From positions 32,001 to 96,000 of IMG/VR virus record IMGVR_UViG_3300025723_000017: a stretch of DNA of 64,000 nucleotides; one strand, written 5' to 3'. Position 1 is the stretch's first letter, and every line of letters begins with the position of its first letter. This document shows positions 19,508 to 29,067 of the stretch, in pieces. The DNA comes from a virus (Duplodnaviria > Caudoviricetes). Position numbers and translations under genes: made by a program. The notes below the pieces were generated by a model. That model was not told the DNA's origin. It did not search any database and saw only the letters and a program-made list of their open reading frames with translations.

Positions 19508-20190
19508 AACGGCTAGGCGTATTGGGTGGGATGGGACCAGCGGCTAGTGCAGAATTTCTTGTAAGATTGACTGAACAAACTCCAGCAGGATGTGATCAGG
19601 AACATATTCCTGTTGTGGTATGGAGTGATCCAACTGTGCCAGATCGCAGCACTAGTTTGATTAATCAAGATGATCAGCCTTGGCCTAAACTCTGTCAGGG
19701 TATGCTAGGATTAAAAGCGGCCGAATGTGATCATATAGTAATTCCCTGTAACACAGCACATTTTTGGTATGATCGAATGATGGAATTTGGTATACCGATT
19801 ACACATATTGTAGATAGTGTAGCTGATGAATTAAAGTCTCAAAATATAAAAGGTACCATTGGTATATTAGGAACTCGTGCCACCATGCGGTTGGGTCTGT
19901 ATGATCAAAGACTCACCGCAATGGGATGGGATTGTATAACTCCCACTGTAGAAGAAATAGAAAACTATGTGCAGCCTGGTATAGATTTAATTAAAGCTAA
20001 TCAATTCGAAATAGCTCATGGATTGTTTGTTACAGTTATCGAATCTTTAATTAATCGAGGGGCATCAGCAATAATTTTAGGCTGCACTGAAATTCCATTG
20101 GTTGTTAAAGAAACACAATATCATAGTATTAGTTTAATAAATAGCATTGACAGTTTAGTTAAATCGACTATTAATAAATTCAAAGGATAA
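19504..20190 (+). CDS. aspartate/amino-acid racemase
   Basis: GGMGPAAS, PDR, IPCNTAH, LGCTEIP with both catalytic Cys. Confidence 0.93.
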   Translation: MKRLGVLGGMGPAASAEFLVRLTEQTPAGCDQEHIPVVVWSDPTVPDRSTSLINQDDQPWPKLCQGMLGLKAAECDHIVIPCNTAHFWYDRMMEFGIPITHIVDSVADELKSQNIKGTIGILGTRATMRLGLYDQRLTAMGWDCITPTVEEIENYVQPGIDLIKANQFEIAHGLFVTVIESLINRGASAIILGCTEIPLVVKETQYHSISLINSIDSLVKSTINKFKG

Positions 20191-20193
20191 ATT

Positions 20194-20391
20194 ATGTTGA
20201 CATTTGTAAAATCATTAGTTATACTAGCAGTATTAGTAGGCACATACCATGGTATGTCATGGGCAATTGACAAAAAAGCCGATGAAAAAGCATTATCTAT
20301 GATAATGACTGAATATCAAACAAGTGCTCGCGAAGATGCAAGAGATCAGGCAATGAAAGCAATCGTAGATTCATATGTAGCTAAAAAATAA
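20194..20391 (+). CDS. small membrane-anchored protein
   Basis: SD AAGGA, N-terminal hydrophobic helix. Confidence 0.65.
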   Translation: MLTFVKSLVILAVLVGTYHGMSWAIDKKADEKALSMIMTEYQTSAREDARDQAMKAIVDSYVAKK

Positions 20392-21833
20392 TGGCCTATT
20401 CAGATAAAGTTTTAGATCATTATGAAAATCCTCGCAATGTGGGTTCATTTGCCAAAGACGATGCTGATGTTGGCACAGGCATGGTAGGAGCTCCTGCGTG
20501 TGGAGATGTAATGAAGTTACAGATAAAGGTATCAGATGGCGTTATTACAGATGCAAAGTTTAAGACCTACGGATGTTTAACTAGTAATACCCCTGTTAAT
20601 ACTCCAACATGCGTTAAAAAAATCAAAGATTTAAATATCGGAGATGAGGTACTGGCTTGGGATGGCAATCGCATTGTTAATCAAAAAATAAGAGATATAA
20701 TCAAACATTCAGTTGATATCAGTGATTTGTTGGTAGTTTCATTCCAACGAGAAACAAGTAGAAAAAATATCAATCCCGGCACCTTTTCGTTGATTTGTAC
20801 CAAAGAACACATATTTTGGAATGCCGATAATAATCCTGTAGAAGCACAACAACTACAGGTGGGGCAAGAATTATATGAAATAACCGAACATGAGTTAAGA
20901 ATTCTTACCAACAATAGACATCGAACAGAAATTAAACAGAAAAATAGCGCAAGAATGAAAAAATGGAACACCGAATTTGATCATTCTGTATTGCCACAGA
21001 ATCAACCCGGATATGTATGTAAGAACCCAGAAGCTAAAAAGCAACGCTCCAGTGCTGCTTCAATTAAAAACTGGCAAGATCCTAGTTATATTGAAAAGTG
21101 GCAACAAGGAATGGCACAACGAGATTGGTCTAAACCTACTAGTATTGAAAAAAAATATATTGATTTATTTGAAGAAAATAATGTAGCGGCAAGATGGAGT
21201 GCTGGAACAATATGGATTCAAACCACATCAGGCCCCGCAAGTCCGGATTTTATTGTTCCCGGCAAGAAAAAATGTATAGAAGTTTATACAAAGAAAATGC
21301 CAAAGTTTATGCAAGATAGATCAGAAGAATCGGATTATGTCCAAAAAAGAAGTCAACAACTTGCAACAGCAGGATACGATTCATTATTTTTGTCAGTAGA
21401 AGAAATTGAACAGGCACTGCCTAAGGTACAGAATTTTATACATAATGGCATGAAAATTATCGATATTTCTCCAATCACACATCATAATCAACTACGAGGA
21501 TGTGAGCGTGATGACAAAAATGTTGTAGTATATGATTTAAAATTAGAGGATGGTGCCCATGTATTTTTTACAAATAGAGTCGGCTCACACAACTGCGGAT
21601 CAGCAATCGCAAGTAGTTCTTTGGTCACTGAATGGGTCAAAGGAAAATCTCTCGAAGCTGCTGGATGTATTAGAAATAGCGACATTGCCCAAGAACTGGC
21701 ACTTCCACCAGTCAAAATCCACTGTTCAATCCTTGCCGAAGATGCAATTAAAGCAGCAATAGCTGATTATAGAAACAAACATGAAACTACCAATAGTTCG
21801 ATGGCCAGATCCAGTACTACTGACACCATGTAA
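20391..21833 (+). CDS. iscU: Fe-S scaffold IscU interrupted by an intein
   Basis: MAYSDKVLDHYENPRN, APACGD, FKTYG|CGSAIASSS, LPPVKIHC. Confidence 0.95.
   Translation: MAYSDKVLDHYENPRNVGSFAKDDADVGTGMVGAPACGDVMKLQIKVSDGVITDAKFKTYGCLTSNTPVNTPTCVKKIKDLNIGDEVLAWDGNRIVNQKIRDIIKHSVDISDLLVVSFQRETSRKNINPGTFSLICTKEHIFWNADNNPVEAQQLQVGQELYEITEHELRILTNNRHRTEIKQKNSARMKKWNTEFDHSVLPQNQPGYVCKNPEAKKQRSSAASIKNWQDPSYIEKWQQGMAQRDWSKPTSIEKKYIDLFEENNVAARWSAGTIWIQTTSGPASPDFIVPGKKKCIEVYTKKMPKFMQDRSEESDYVQKRSQQLATAGYDSLFLSVEEIEQALPKVQNFIHNGMKIIDISPITHHNQLRGCERDDKNVVVYDLKLEDGAHVFFTNRVGSHNCGSAIASSSLVTEWVKGKSLEAAGCIRNSDIAQELALPPVKIHCSILAEDAIKAAIADYRNKHETTNSSMARSSTTDTM
20574..21593 (+). mobile_element. 340-aa intein with Vsr/DUF559-like endonuclease domain
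   Basis: Starts CL, block B CTKEH, block F VYDL, ends SHN before Cys; internal 'PTSIE','PDF','IEV'. Confidence 0.93.
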
Positions 21834-22275
21834 CACTTGGTTCTTTGACACGTTGACGGAACCTAATATAGAACAAGATCTCATCGATACATTGTTAGGT
21901 GAAAGTGCATTGGGACTAGCAGCAAATCAAGTGGGCATTCCTTATCGAGTATTGGCTATGAATGTACAAGCAGGTGAGTTTGCTGGACAACAGATAGTCA
22001 TGTATAACCCCGTTATTGATTCTGTCTCGACCGATCTATGGGAGCATAGCGAGGGTTGTTTGAGTTTTCCCGGAGTATGGTTATCTATCTCTCGTCCTAA
22101 TTCCGTTGATGCCAGTTGGCAAGACCAGGCGGGGATATCACATTCATCAACCTTTACGGGAATGGATGCCCGATGTTTCCTACATGAAATGGAACATTTA
22201 GATGGGCATGTATTCAAAGAACATGTAAGTGATCTGAAATTTACTCGAGCATTAACAAAAGCGAGGAAGAAATAA
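21781..22275 (+). CDS. def: peptide deformylase
   Basis: GLAANQVG, EGCLS, HEMEH. Confidence 0.95.
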   Translation: MKLPIVRWPDPVLLTPCNTWFFDTLTEPNIEQDLIDTLLGESALGLAANQVGIPYRVLAMNVQAGEFAGQQIVMYNPVIDSVSTDLWEHSEGCLSFPGVWLSISRPNSVDASWQDQAGISHSSTFTGMDARCFLHEMEHLDGHVFKEHVSDLKFTRALTKARKK

Positions 22276-22502
22276 TGGGATTAGGCCCATCGGTTTGTCA
22301 GCATTGCCAGGTGATTGCTGAATACGAGCACAATGATATCGCACCCTTTCATCGCACTTGGTGTAAATACTGTGGTGAGACAGATATAACAGATTATTCA
22401 GGCTTGAATGATGAGCGTTGGGAAATGCTGGAAGATAATAGACGCCGACTTGAACGATTTCATAACTTTGTAAAAGGTATAGACAATGATAACAATAACT
22501 GA
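22275..22502 (+). CDS. small zinc-ribbon protein
   Basis: Two CxxC motifs. Confidence 0.6.
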   Translation: MGLGPSVCQHCQVIAEYEHNDIAPFHRTWCKYCGETDITDYSGLNDERWEMLEDNRRRLERFHNFVKGIDNDNNN

Positions 22503-22812
22503 AACAGCAGCAAAAAAAATCGTAGCTAACATAGCCAAGCGTGGGGCAGGTATTGGAATTCATGTTGGTGTAAAGACTACAGGATGCTCGGGACTGGCCT
22601 ATGTATTAGAATACTTGGATCATGCACCTGTTACTAGAGATTGGTTCCGTTATGAAAATGCCGGGGCTACGGTTTGGATTGCAGGAAGAGATCACGTATA
22701 CTTAGATGGATTAGAAATTGACTATGTACGTCGAGGACTCAACGAAGGCTTTGAGTTCCGGAATCCTCGGGAAAAGGCTCGCTGCGGATGTGGTGAATCG
22801 TTTACAATCTAA
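22486..22812 (+). CDS. iscA: Fe-S carrier IscA
   Basis: TTGCSGLAY, CGCGESF. Confidence 0.95.
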   Translation: MITITETAAKKIVANIAKRGAGIGIHVGVKTTGCSGLAYVLEYLDHAPVTRDWFRYENAGATVWIAGRDHVYLDGLEIDYVRRGLNEGFEFRNPREKARCGCGESFTI

Positions 22813-22851
22813 AAGGTTGTTTTATATCAACTGGTTTGCTATACTTGATTA

Positions 22852-23571
22852 ATGTATACACCTAAATTTGACTATAAAAATCTATCACGAACTACTGATG
22901 AAGCAGGAAAGCGATTATATAGCACTCCCGACGGACGACGAGTTCCATCAGTCACTACAATTCTTTCCGCGACACAACCAGAAGAAAAAAAACAAGCATT
23001 ACAAAATTGGCGTAAATCAGTTGGAGTTGACCGTGCGCAAGCTATTACTACAGAGGCTGCTAATCGAGGTACTAGGATGCACAAATATCTCGAAGATTAT
23101 ATTCGCAATGGAGTAATAAGTGATCGTGGATCTAATCCCTATAGTTGGGCAAGTCATAGAATGGCACAAACTGTAATCGAAGATGGGCTCAAAAATGTTA
23201 ACGAAATATGGGGTGTAGAAATACCCTTATATTTCCCTCAATTATATGCTGGTACTACTGACGGATGTGGTATACACATGGGAGACGAAAGTATTCTTGA
23301 TTATAAACAAACAAATAAACCTAAAAAAATAGAGTGGATCGAAGATTACTACTTACAGTTGGTAGCGTATGCTTTAGCGCATAATGAAGTTTATGGAACA
23401 AATATACGTAAAGGAGTGATTTTGATGTGTGTCAAGCCTCCTGTAGATCCTAATACTATGGAACCAACTGAACGTCCTCAATATCAGGAATTTATCTTGA
23501 AACCTGAAGATTTCTCTCATTGGGAACAAGAATGGTGGAAACGATTAGAACTCTACTACACGAATAGCTAA
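22852..23571 (+). CDS. PD-(D/E)XK exonuclease
   Basis: PSVTTIL, RGT.MH, YAGTTD, DYK, QL.AY. Confidence 0.85.
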   Translation: MYTPKFDYKNLSRTTDEAGKRLYSTPDGRRVPSVTTILSATQPEEKKQALQNWRKSVGVDRAQAITTEAANRGTRMHKYLEDYIRNGVISDRGSNPYSWASHRMAQTVIEDGLKNVNEIWGVEIPLYFPQLYAGTTDGCGIHMGDESILDYKQTNKPKKIEWIEDYYLQLVAYALAHNEVYGTNIRKGVILMCVKPPVDPNTMEPTERPQYQEFILKPEDFSHWEQEWWKRLELYYTNS

Positions 23572-23597
23572 ATACTTAATATTAAGGAATCAAGTAA

Positions 23598-25418
23598 ATG
23601 GCCATTGTCCAAATTTCACAAATCACGAATCGACTAGGATTAAATGCAGATTTACCGCAACTTGCGGGGGCTGAACTAGGTTGGTCCACTGACACCCGTC
23701 AACTCTATATCGGCAATGGCACTTTATCAGAGGGTGCACCTGTTATTGGCAATACTGAGATTTTAACAGAATTTTCTGACATTTTAAATATAGCTGCTAG
23801 TTATACTTATAAAGGCACCGCAGCTGGTTATACTGTACAAACTGGACCAACTCCTAGCACTCCGGTTAAATTAAGTTTACAAAATTGGATGGATCAGTTT
23901 GCATCTGTTTTAGATTTTGGTGCAGTTGGAGATGGGTTGACTGATGATACCGCTGCTATTAATCGTGCATTAAATCAATTATATTGTCAACAATCTAATC
24001 CACAGATTCGAAGAAATTTATTTTTTCCCGCGGGAGTATATGCAGTTTCTAGTCCAATTAATATTCCCCCGTATGCCACCTTGTACGGCGAAGGATCAAA
24101 TAGTTCCATCATAAGAATGATAGCATCAGGAGGAACCGGAACTTGCGTGGCACAAACCGCAGATAGTTTGCAACAAACTGGGTCTAATATCGGAAATGGT
24201 AGTGCGATCCCGCCTCAACATATTACTATTAGTACTATGGGATTTCAAAGTTTAGACAATACAAAAAATATATTTTTAGTTGATTCTGCCACCAGCACTA
24301 CATTTGACAATGTAGGATTTTTTGGACCAGGTAGTACCAGTACATTAACTGTTGCTACATTAAATACCTCTAGTGTAGCTTTTGTAATATCGAATGGATT
24401 TAAAATAGAAGATATAATACTTGATAATTGTAGATTTTTTGGAACAGTTTATGGGGTTTCTGATAATGTTTCTACAAAAGGTGTTACAGTTACAAATAGT
24501 AATTTTAATACATTATATCAAGGTGTTAATGTAACGAATGGAGCAACAGGAACACGTATTACTAATAATATATTTGATAATATTTATGAATATGGTATTT
24601 TATTTGGTACTGTATCCCTTAATGTAAGCGGATATAATATATTTTATGATGTCGCAAATCATTTTCTAGGTACAACATCGCCGCAGCAAGCAGTAATATT
24701 AATCGAGGGCAATAATAATGCCAGTGTTGGAGACATGTTTCAACGCTCAGATTTATATGCAGAACAATATCCTCGAGTATATTTAACTGATACAGTTAGT
24801 ATCGCAACAACTAATGGATCTCAATTACAATTAGGTAATAAAACAGTTGAGTCAGGTGTAGCAGTTGAATTACAAACTGGACATGCTACCCCAACAACAT
24901 TATTCACTGTTGATAATTCTATATTTTGGCAACAAGCAGTAAGTTTCAAAATAGATTATTCAATAATATTAGGAGCTGGTCAATTTAGAACCGGAGTATT
25001 ATTTGTAGCTAGTTCAGAACGTGGCGGCACAATATTGCCCATAACAGGTGCATCAGGCGACGGTACTACCGTGACTTTAACATTTACTACCCAACCTACT
25101 GCACCATTCGCTATAGGCAGTGTAATTTCAATTGACGGAATTTATCCACTTGATTATAACGAAACATACGCTACCGTTACATCATGTACTACATCTACAG
25201 TAAGTTATGCTAGTGTTGCGACTGATGCATACGTTAGCGGTGGACAAGTAAGTTTAAATAATCTCAACTATAGTGATGACTATGTTGAAAACAGTGATAC
25301 TGGAATTGTATTGACTGTTTCTCAAATAGGAACTGTAGTATCAGTACAATATACTTCACTAGCAGCAACGAATGCTGGACAAATGAGTTATTCTATTAGT
25401 TATTTTAATGTGGCATAA
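23598..25418 (+). CDS. tailspike/fibre with pectate-lyase-like beta-helix
   Basis: N-terminal 'LAGAELGW..DTRQLYIGNG'; 'DFGAVGDGLTDDTAAI..A','FFPAGVY'. Confidence 0.8.
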   Translation: MAIVQISQITNRLGLNADLPQLAGAELGWSTDTRQLYIGNGTLSEGAPVIGNTEILTEFSDILNIAASYTYKGTAAGYTVQTGPTPSTPVKLSLQNWMDQFASVLDFGAVGDGLTDDTAAINRALNQLYCQQSNPQIRRNLFFPAGVYAVSSPINIPPYATLYGEGSNSSIIRMIASGGTGTCVAQTADSLQQTGSNIGNGSAIPPQHITISTMGFQSLDNTKNIFLVDSATSTTFDNVGFFGPGSTSTLTVATLNTSSVAFVISNGFKIEDIILDNCRFFGTVYGVSDNVSTKGVTVTNSNFNTLYQGVNVTNGATGTRITNNIFDNIYEYGILFGTVSLNVSGYNIFYDVANHFLGTTSPQQAVILIEGNNNASVGDMFQRSDLYAEQYPRVYLTDTVSIATTNGSQLQLGNKTVESGVAVELQTGHATPTTLFTVDNSIFWQQAVSFKIDYSIILGAGQFRTGVLFVASSERGGTILPITGASGDGTTVTLTFTTQPTAPFAIGSVISIDGIYPLDYNETYATVTSCTTSTVSYASVATDAYVSGGQVSLNNLNYSDDYVENSDTGIVLTVSQIGTVVSVQYTSLAATNAGQMSYSISYFNVA

Positions 25419-25818
25419 AGATTTTAATGATCGACTAAAATCCTGGTCGGCCTTACGTACAGAAATTCAAACTATCCCATTAGAGCAAGCTCTCTATATG
25501 ATTAACGATTGGTGGCATCAAGCACCATGGACTGGATATTATCTACATTGGGATGACCGGGAAACATGGCCTGACCCTTGGCAACTTTTGAGCGATAACA
25601 TTTATTGTGATGTTGCTCGTGGGCTGGGAATACTGTATACTGTAACTTTAACGCAACATAAAGAGTTGACTTCTGCAGAGTTGGTTTTGACTGAAGATAG
25701 TCGTAATTTAGTGTTAATTAACAAAGGAAAATATACGCTTAATTGGGACAAAGAAGTTATGGTAAATACTCCATTATCAAAAAAAGTGAGACATTGTTTT
25801 ATAAAGTCTGGGTTGTAA
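25408..25818 (+). CDS. hypothetical protein
   Basis: Trp-rich ORF overlapping upstream gene. Confidence 0.7.
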   Translation: MWHKDFNDRLKSWSALRTEIQTIPLEQALYMINDWWHQAPWTGYYLHWDDRETWPDPWQLLSDNIYCDVARGLGILYTVTLTQHKELTSAELVLTEDSRNLVLINKGKYTLNWDKEVMVNTPLSKKVRHCFIKSGL

Positions 25819-25859
25819 TAGTATCATAAGTAGTACACAAAATAAAAAAAGAGAAATAA

Positions 25860-28187
25860 ATGACTCAAATTACAGTTGTAAAAAGAGGCGGAAATAAAGA
25901 ACCGCTACAAATTGAAAAATGGCAAGCTCAAGTAGCAAAGGTTTGTAAAGGCATAGCTGATGTAAGTCAATCAATGGTGGAAATTAAAGCACAATTGCAT
26001 TTTTATGATGGAATTACTACTGAGGAAATTGATGGGATTACACTTAGGGCTATTGTAGATCTTATTGATACTGAAACAAATCCTGATGTAGGCCATACCA
26101 ACTACCAGTATGTTGCTGGTAAACAAAGATTGTCAATGCTAAGAAAAGATGTGTATGGGTCATATGATCCACCTGCACTTTATGAAATTGTAAAGAAAAA
26201 TGTTGCAGTAGGTTTATATACCCCAGAACTTCTTGAATGGTATACAGAAGATGATTGGAATCGTATGAATGATATGATTGATCATTCTAAAGATGAGCAA
26301 TATGGGTATGCGGCCATTGAACAACTTATTGAAAAATATCTAGTCCGTAATCGTGCTACAAAGGAGATCTATGAAACTCCTCAAGTTAGATACATGGTGG
26401 CCGCGGCCACAGTCTTCCATCGAGAAGAACCTAATACAGTCCGTATGCGCTACATTAAAGAATACTACAATGCGGCAAGTGATGGCTTATTCACTCTTGC
26501 CACTCCTGTGCTTGCAGGCCTTGGGACTCCTACTAAACAGTTTTCATCTTGTGTTCTTATCCGCAGTGACGACAATCTCGATAGCATCTTTGCTTCCGGC
26601 GAGATGATGGCCAAGTATGCCGCCAAACGTGCAGGCATTGGGCTGGAAGTTGGTCGTTTACGTCCATTAGGCAGTCCTATACGTGGCGGTGAAGTAATGC
26701 ACACTGGTATGATACCATTTCTTAAAAAATGGTTTGGCGATCTGCGTTCGTGTTCGCAAGGAGGTATTCGTAATGCTTCGGCTACGATTTTCTACCCCAT
26801 TTGGCATTACCAATTCGATGATCTTATTGTTCTTAAAAACAATCAAGGTACAGATGAGACACGAGTAAGATTTATGGATTATGGAGTTGTGTTATCTGCA
26901 TTTTTCTGGCGTAGATTTAAGAACAAAGAAAATATTACTTTCTTTGATCCCAATGAAGTGCCTGACTTATACGAAGCATTCTACAAAGATACTGAATTAT
27001 TCGAAAAATTGTATGTAAAGTATGAAAAACGTAAAGACTTACGTACTAAAACAATGGCAGCTGAAGATGTATTCAAAGGCGGCATATTAAAAGAGCGCAC
27101 AGATACTGGACGCATTTATCTTGTGTTTATCGACAACGTACAGAATCAAGGTCCATTTGATCCTGAATACCACACCATTTATCAGAGTAATCTTTGCTGT
27201 GAAATTCTCCTTCCTACTAAATCCTTTAAACGTCTGGATGATGACGCTGGCCGTATTGCTTTGTGTACGCTTGGTAGTATTAACTGGGGATCTTTCCGTA
27301 ACCCAGAGGACATGCGGCGTGCTTGCCGTATTCTTCAGCGTAGCCTGTGCAATATACTTGACTACCAAGATTTTCTAAGTATTCAATCTAAATTAAGTAA
27401 TGACGAAATCCAACCATTAGGTATTGGTATTACAAATTTAGCCTACTGGCATGCTAAACGCGGGTTGAAGTATGGCGACGCTGATGCATTACAAGAAGTT
27501 AAATCTTGGATGGAACACCAAGCATTTTATCTTACAGAAGCTACTGTAGAGTTGGCTAAGGAACGTGGTAAATGCTTAGATTCAGATCGTACTCGATATG
27601 GACAAGGCGTATTTCCTTGGGAATTACGTGCCCGTGGCGTTAATGATCTAGCTGACTTTACTCCAGAACTTGACTGGGAAACCTTGCGCACTAATATGAA
27701 AGAATATGGGGTCCGTAATGCTACATTAATGGCAGTGGCACCTGTAGAGTCAAGCAGTGTGGTGATTAATAGCACTAATGGAATTGAAATGCCTATGAGT
27801 TTGATCACAGTTAAAGAATCAAAAGCAGGGTCACTGGTACAAGTTGTTCCGGAATATAACAATTTAAAAGTTCGTAAAAACTATCAATTGATGTGGGATC
27901 AAAAAGATTGTAGTGGATATCTAAAAACTGCTGCAATATTGGCAGCTTTTGTGGATCAATCTATTTCAACTAATACTTTTTATAATCCAGCACACTTTGC
28001 AGATCGTAAAGTACCAACTACATTGATTGCTAAGAATTTGATGAATTTCTGGTATTGGGGCGGAAAAACTCTGTATTACTCACTCATAAACAAACAGGGT
28101 AGTAAAGGACAAGATGCCGAAGAAACTAAACTTGAAATAATTGATTTTAGTGAAGAAGAAGAGGATTGCATCGCCTGTAAACTTTAA
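25860..28187 (+). CDS. nrdA: class Ia ribonucleotide reductase alpha with ATP cone
   Basis: VVKR ATP cone, SSCVL, SNLCCEI, LCTL, TLYY, C-terminal CxxC. Confidence 0.97.
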   Translation: MTQITVVKRGGNKEPLQIEKWQAQVAKVCKGIADVSQSMVEIKAQLHFYDGITTEEIDGITLRAIVDLIDTETNPDVGHTNYQYVAGKQRLSMLRKDVYGSYDPPALYEIVKKNVAVGLYTPELLEWYTEDDWNRMNDMIDHSKDEQYGYAAIEQLIEKYLVRNRATKEIYETPQVRYMVAAATVFHREEPNTVRMRYIKEYYNAASDGLFTLATPVLAGLGTPTKQFSSCVLIRSDDNLDSIFASGEMMAKYAAKRAGIGLEVGRLRPLGSPIRGGEVMHTGMIPFLKKWFGDLRSCSQGGIRNASATIFYPIWHYQFDDLIVLKNNQGTDETRVRFMDYGVVLSAFFWRRFKNKENITFFDPNEVPDLYEAFYKDTELFEKLYVKYEKRKDLRTKTMAAEDVFKGGILKERTDTGRIYLVFIDNVQNQGPFDPEYHTIYQSNLCCEILLPTKSFKRLDDDAGRIALCTLGSINWGSFRNPEDMRRACRILQRSLCNILDYQDFLSIQSKLSNDEIQPLGIGITNLAYWHAKRGLKYGDADALQEVKSWMEHQAFYLTEATVELAKERGKCLDSDRTRYGQGVFPWELRARGVNDLADFTPELDWETLRTNMKEYGVRNATLMAVAPVESSSVVINSTNGIEMPMSLITVKESKAGSLVQVVPEYNNLKVRKNYQLMWDQKDCSGYLKTAAILAAFVDQSISTNTFYNPAHFADRKVPTTLIAKNLMNFWYWGGKTLYYSLINKQGSKGQDAEETKLEIIDFSEEEEDCIACKL

Positions 28188-28196
28188 GGATAGATA

Positions 28197-28817
28197 ATGT
28201 TAGAAACTATATGTGAAGTATTAGAAGACGCATACAAGCGTAATTGGATTACCAGTAGAGATGGCAATGTAAGTATTCGTCATCACGACCGGGATCATTT
28301 TTATATTACACCTAGTGGTGTACGTAAGCAGACCTTACAACCTGATCAGTTCAAAAAGATCAGTATACACGGACTGCTATGGCAAGAAGAATATTATACT
28401 GACATCAGTTCTAATCTAAAGCCCAGTGGAGAAATACCTTTACACTTTGGGTTACAGCGCAACATGGGACAACATCATGAAGAAGTTCGTGTAGTCGTGC
28501 ATGTTCATCCTACTTACTGTATTGCTGCTATGCACGCTGGAATTGATCTAAGTACTATTTGCGACGCATTTCCTGAACTTAACCGATATACTCGTGTAGC
28601 ACCAAATGTAGGAGATGTGGCACCAATTAGTCAGGAACTGGCAAATGAATGCTTTAAAAATTTGAAATTAGACAAGCATGGTAACATTGACTATGACATT
28701 GTAGGCATTAAAGGGCATGGAGTAGTTGCAATTGATACGAACCCATGGCGAGCATATGAACATATCGAACGCTTGGAACATATTTGTAAGATTGTGTTAG
28801 CCAGTGGAAAATATTAA
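28197..28817 (+). CDS. class II aldolase/adducin family protein
   Basis: DGNVS, ITPSG, PSGE..LH, VVHVH, GHG. Confidence 0.9.
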   Translation: MLETICEVLEDAYKRNWITSRDGNVSIRHHDRDHFYITPSGVRKQTLQPDQFKKISIHGLLWQEEYYTDISSNLKPSGEIPLHFGLQRNMGQHHEEVRVVVHVHPTYCIAAMHAGIDLSTICDAFPELNRYTRVAPNVGDVAPISQELANECFKNLKLDKHGNIDYDIVGIKGHGVVAIDTNPWRAYEHIERLEHICKIVLASGKY

Positions 28818-29046
28818 ATTTGCGTGGTGGCCAACACGAGTAACAAGTGGTAAGTGTGTATGGCTAACAAAATATATATTACATCAACAGTTATATGATG
28901 ACTCAACCGGACGTCCACCGATAAATAGTTTATATTTTGTATGGACCGAAACACTTCAAGAAAAAACTTGGAGATTATTAAAAGAACAAATGGTTCACAA
29001 CAGAAATATCTGGAATGAACCGGTACTAACACAACAAGATTTATGA
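28804..29046 (+). CDS. hypothetical protein
   Basis: 'FAWWP..V.SGK.VWL' phage-type motif. Confidence 0.6.
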   Translation: MENIKFAWWPTRVTSGKCVWLTKYILHQQLYDDSTGRPPINSLYFVWTETLQEKTWRLLKEQMVHNRNIWNEPVLTQQDL

Positions 29047-29067
29047 AAACTATATGAGAGTTAAATT

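Noticed and set aside
23598-25418. Diversity-generating retroelement target (Mtd-like N-terminus)
   Set aside because: No template repeat or reverse transcriptase seen in the window
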